A stretch of DNA of 64,000 bases from an uncultured Gemmatimonadales bacterium (GTDB lineage Bacteria; Gemmatimonadota; Gemmatimonadetes; Gemmatimonadales; Gemmatimonadaceae). Below, piece by piece: positions 60,517-64,000 of this stretch. How positions within the stretch are numbered: position 1 is the stretch's first letter; every line of letters begins with the position of its first letter. The notes under the pieces were generated by a model. The model was given only the letters and a program-made list of their open reading frames with translations, searched no databases and was not told the origin of the DNA. A program made the position numbers and the translations under genes. The stretch lies in contig CAWKMU010000003.1 of the NCBI GenBank assembly GCA_963850905.1, positions 480,001 through 544,000 of the forward strand. The letters are read 5' to 3'.

Positions 60517-62940
60517 GTGCTCACACTCAAAGCGGCAGCGGACGTGCTGGCCGCAAAGGGATCCGACGCGCTGGTCGCGATCGCCGCGATGTGCGGCTAC
60601 GAGGGTCCGGCCCTGCCGATGGCGCCGCTCGATCGCGCGGCCCTCGGACTCGCGCCCCCTGACGATCCCTGCGCCATCGCAGTGCACGTCGCTCGCGGAC
60701 CGGACGCCCTGCGGGCATTGCTCATCGACGTCGCCCCGGACGGACCGCCGCGAGTGCTGCACGAGATGGTCTCCCGCGTCGCGGCGCGCCTGACGCGTCG
60801 TGCCCCACACCTCGCATGGCTGTGCATCGCGAGAGCGGGCGGGCGCGCGGAGGGCCTCGGCGTGCACCCTCACCCCGCCAAGTCGAACGGATCCCACGCC
60901 GCGCGACAACTCGTCCTCGCGACCTGGTCGAGCGAGCGCCAGCCGCCCCGCATTGCCGCACTGGTCGTCGATCCGGACGCGGTCGTCGACAGCGATGCCG
61001 AGACCCTCGCCGCGTTAGCGGCAGCGGTCAGTGCCGACACGGCTGGAACGCACGCGCGATGGCTCGATCTCCTGGGACGCGAGTCGCTCACGCGGCGGTT
61101 TTACTTCGCGCTGAACCGCGCGGTTGACGCGCTCGCATCTGCGTCGACCGTCCCGAGCGGCGTGCGGAGCCCTCCGCCGCATATACGGCGCGAGCTCGCA
61201 CTGCTCTGCACGTCTCGCTTGCTGTTCCTCGCCTTTCTCGAGGCCAAGGGGTGGCTCGATCGAGATCGCGCGTTTCTCGCGCGGATCTTCGCCGACTGCA
61301 TGGCGGGCGGCGGCGACTTTCATGCGCGCGTGCTCCGTCCGCTGTTCTTTGGCACGCTCAACACGCCGTTCTCCAAGCGCTCCCAGGCGGCCGTCCGGTT
61401 CGGGCACATTCCCTTTCTCAACGGGGGCCTGTTCTCGCCGACTGCCCTCGAGCGACGACTGCGCGGCGTCGCGTTCTCCGATGCGGCGCTGGGCGCGTTC
61501 GTGGGAGACGTGCTGGGCCACTATCGCTTCACGGCCCGAGAAGACCGCAGCACGTGGTCGGAAGCAGCCATCGACCCCGAGATGTTGGGACGCTCGTTCG
61601 AGGCGCTGATGGCGCCCTCCGTGCGTCACGCCACGGGTGCCTATTATACGCCACAGGCGCTCGTGTCCCGGGTCACCGAGCACGCACTCGTCCACGCGCT
61701 CGCGTCAGCGGCCGCACCGCCGACCGCGGTCGCCGCGCTGCTGCGCGGCGAATCCGCGGGCGAGGCCGCCCACGGGGCCGTTCACCAGCGACTCTCCGGC
61801 TTGCGCGTGCTCGATCCGGCATGTGGGTCCGGCGCCTTCCTCGTGCACATGCTCGACCTGCTCGCCACGCTCGCTGCCCGCGTCGGCACCGATCTGCCCG
61901 TCAGCCAGCGGCGCCGGCACGTGCTGACGCGCTCGATCTTTGGCGTGGACATCAATCCGACCGCGGTCTGGCTCTGTGAGCTGCGGCTCTGGCTCGCTGT
62001 CGTGATCGACAGTCCCGACGACGACCCTCGCGCAATGTTGCCGCTGCCCAACCTCGACCGCAATGTTCGCGTGGGCGACGCACTCGCGGGCGGCGCTTTC
62101 GGCGGCGGGCCGCATCACGGGCCCACCGGCACGGCGGACCAGCGGTCGGCAGTCGTGATCGGACGGCTCCGTGAGCGCTACGCGCGCTCGACGGGCGCGC
62201 GGAAACGATCCATGCTGCGCACGCTGGAACGCGTCGAGCGGAGTCGCGCGCTCGAAGGACTCCGCCGCGAGTTGGCCTCGGTCATGCGCGCGCGCATCGA
62301 CGCAGTGACGCTCGCTCGCGGTCGCGACCTGTTCGGCGCGGCGGCGCCCGGCGGCGCGGGTGAACGGGCCCGTCGCTCCGAACTGCGCAAGCGTGCACGC
62401 GCGTTGCGGTCACAGATCGAGGCGCTCCGCGGTGGCGCGGCGCTCCCATTCGCCTTTGCAACGCACTTCGGCGACGTCGACGACGCTGGCGGCTTCGATC
62501 TCGTGCTCGGGAATCCGCCGTGGGTGCGCCCACACGCTGTGCCCATCGTCGATCGCGAGCGCCTGCGACGGGACTTTGTGGTGTGTCGTCACGGTGCGTG
62601 GCTGCGCGGCGCGGCGGCCGGACGATCCGGACCAGGCTTCGGAACCCAGGTCGACATGGCAGCGATCTTCGTCGAGCGCGCGCTCACCGTCGCGAGGCCG
62701 CGTGGGATCGTCGCGCTCCTGCTGCCCGCGAAGCTGTGGAGATGTCTTGCGGGCGGCGGCGTGCGGTCGCTGATACTGGATCGTGCCTCGCTCCTCCGGA
62801 TCGAGGACTGGTCTGGCGCCCGTCGAGCGTTCGATGCGGCGGTGTACCCCTCGCTGCTCATCCTGCGCCGCGTTGCCCAGCCCGGCTCCAACACGACACC
62901 ACCCGGCCGCGAGGCCGTGGCATCGATCGACGCGCCGTGA
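60517..62940 (+). CDS. N6-adenine DNA methyltransferase (Eco57I/type IIG-like MTase core)
   Basis: IPFLNGGLF, GAYYTP, VLDPACGSGAFL, FDLVLGNPPW. Confidence 0.88.
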   Translation: MLTLKAAADVLAAKGSDALVAIAAMCGYEGPALPMAPLDRAALGLAPPDDPCAIAVHVARGPDALRALLIDVAPDGPPRVLHEMVSRVAARLTRRAPHLAWLCIARAGGRAEGLGVHPHPAKSNGSHAARQLVLATWSSERQPPRIAALVVDPDAVVDSDAETLAALAAAVSADTAGTHARWLDLLGRESLTRRFYFALNRAVDALASASTVPSGVRSPPPHIRRELALLCTSRLLFLAFLEAKGWLDRDRAFLARIFADCMAGGGDFHARVLRPLFFGTLNTPFSKRSQAAVRFGHIPFLNGGLFSPTALERRLRGVAFSDAALGAFVGDVLGHYRFTAREDRSTWSEAAIDPEMLGRSFEALMAPSVRHATGAYYTPQALVSRVTEHALVHALASAAAPPTAVAALLRGESAGEAAHGAVHQRLSGLRVLDPACGSGAFLVHMLDLLATLAARVGTDLPVSQRRRHVLTRSIFGVDINPTAVWLCELRLWLAVVIDSPDDDPRAMLPLPNLDRNVRVGDALAGGAFGGGPHHGPTGTADQRSAVVIGRLRERYARSTGARKRSMLRTLERVERSRALEGLRRELASVMRARIDAVTLARGRDLFGAAAPGGAGERARRSELRKRARALRSQIEALRGGAALPFAFATHFGDVDDAGGFDLVLGNPPWVRPHAVPIVDRERLRRDFVVCRHGAWLRGAAAGRSGPGFGTQVDMAAIFVERALTVARPRGIVALLLPAKLWRCLAGGGVRSLILDRASLLRIEDWSGARRAFDAAVYPSLLILRRVAQPGSNTTPPGREAVASIDAP

Positions 62941-64000
62941 GCGGCGCACCGCCTAGCAGTCCGGAAGACGTCGAGGTCGCCCTGCACACTCGCGTCGGAG
63001 TGCATCGCTGGGCGACGACGGTGAGGATGCTGTGTTTCGACGCCAGTCCGGGCAGTCCGTGGTTGCTCGTGCCACCTGCAGTCCGCGGCGCCTTCGATGC
63101 CCTCGCCCACGCGGGCATCCCGCTCGCGGACACGGCCTTTGGCTCGCCAATGCTGGGAGTCAAATGCGGCTGCAACGACGCCTTTGTCGTAAGTCTCGGC
63201 GCACGCGGCGACGATAGCCGCGATGACGATGACACGGTCGTCGCAATCCGCACGTCGCGTGGCCACGCCAGGCGTACGCCGCACTCCGGCCGCGTCGAGC
63301 GGTGTCTCCTCCGACCGGTGGTCCGTGGGGAAACTCTTGGTCGATGGATGCGGTGCGACCCGCCGGATGGCCGCGGCCGCCCGACGGGCGCACGAACAGC
63401 CATTGAACCGGCACGGGCCGACGCCGTCCGCACCACGGTCCTGGATGGGCGGGCAGGGGCGACGCAATGCGGCGCCCGTCAGCGACGAGCGTGTCGCGAG
63501 CCGGAATGGATCATCTGGACGCACGAGGCCAGCGGCGTCGAGCGCGCGCCGCCTCTCGCGGCCCTGCCGCCGCACGCAGCGAGCTGGCTGGGTCGCTGGC
63601 GGCACCAGCTTGCTGCCCGGAGCGACACGCGCGGCCAGCTTCCCTGGTGGGCCCTGTTCCGCACCGAGAGCGCATCGGCAACGCACCCGCGCGTCGTCTG
63701 GCCAGATCTCGGACGGACGCCACGAGCGACGCTCATCCCCGCCGGCGACGCGACCGTCGCACTCAATAGCTGCTACGTCGCGCGCGCTGCCGACCTCGCG
63801 GATGCGCACGCGCTGACCGCGCTCCTGAACAGTGCGGTCGTCGCGGCGTGGCTCAACATCCTCGCCGAACCGGCCCGTGGGGGATACCGGCGCTACATGG
63901 GGTGGACGGTGGGCCTCCTGCCGCTGCCGCAGCCGTGGGAGGAGACGCGATCCGTGATGGCGCCGCTCGCGGCGGCCGCGCTCGACGGGGCGCCGCCCTC
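62937..64000 (+). CDS. TaqI-like C-terminal target-recognition region of the methyltransferase, partial (separate gene or frameshifted continuation)
   Basis: Manually translated open frame from GTG 62937: GVKCGCNDAF, LLRPVVRG, WWALFR, RVVWPD, LNSCY, ALLNS, ARGGYRRY, LLPLP. Confidence 0.75.
   Translation, partial: MSGAPPSSPEDVEVALHTRVGVHRWATTVRMLCFDASPGSPWLLVPPAVRGAFDALAHAGIPLADTAFGSPMLGVKCGCNDAFVVSLGARGDDSRDDDDTVVAIRTSRGHARRTPHSGRVERCLLRPVVRGETLGRWMRCDPPDGRGRPTGARTAIEPARADAVRTTVLDGRAGATQCGARQRRACREPEWIIWTHEASGVERAPPLAALPPHAASWLGRWRHQLAARSDTRGQLPWWALFRTESASATHPRVVWPDLGRTPRATLIPAGDATVALNSCYVARAADLADAHALTALLNSAVVAAWLNILAEPARGGYRRYMGWTVGLLPLPQPWEETRSVMAPLAAAALDGAPP
63453..63477 (+). repeat. Degenerate REP hairpin inside a CDS
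   Basis: GCAGGGGCGACGCAATGCGGCGCCC preceded by GGTCCTGGA. Confidence 0.7.

Noticed and set aside
2080..63477. 25-bp palindromic repeats as a CRISPR array
   Set aside because: Copies are dispersed kilobases apart, with no regular spacers and no cas genes.

Overview
High-GC window of ordinary bacterial chromosome; gene content suggests Gemmatimonadota (inference only). From left to right it holds: a partial LpxR-like gene; a Wzx/Wzy exopolysaccharide cluster (about 1-19.9 kb); an ECF sigma/FecR/TonB-dependent receptor signalling unit followed by a truncated paralogous receptor copy; two low-complexity secreted proteins; gmhA; split LigD domains; a PAS-GGDEF-EAL protein; msrA; an M28 peptidase; two tRNAs; rnz; a second TonB receptor; a MacB/LolCDE-type ABC operon; stress genes; and a split N6-adenine methyltransferase locus at the right edge. 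Three observations stand out. (1) A group I intron sits in the anticodon of a tRNA-Gln(CUG). (2) One permease of the ABC operon appears split into two complementary halves, with the N-half fused to a lipocalin/AttH-like domain. (3) A composite GTAG-REP/heptamer repeat family has about 13 essentially co-oriented copies, several translated in frame inside proteins. Several single-base frameshifts suggest sequencing indel errors. All family assignments come from motif recognition by eye, not database searches.
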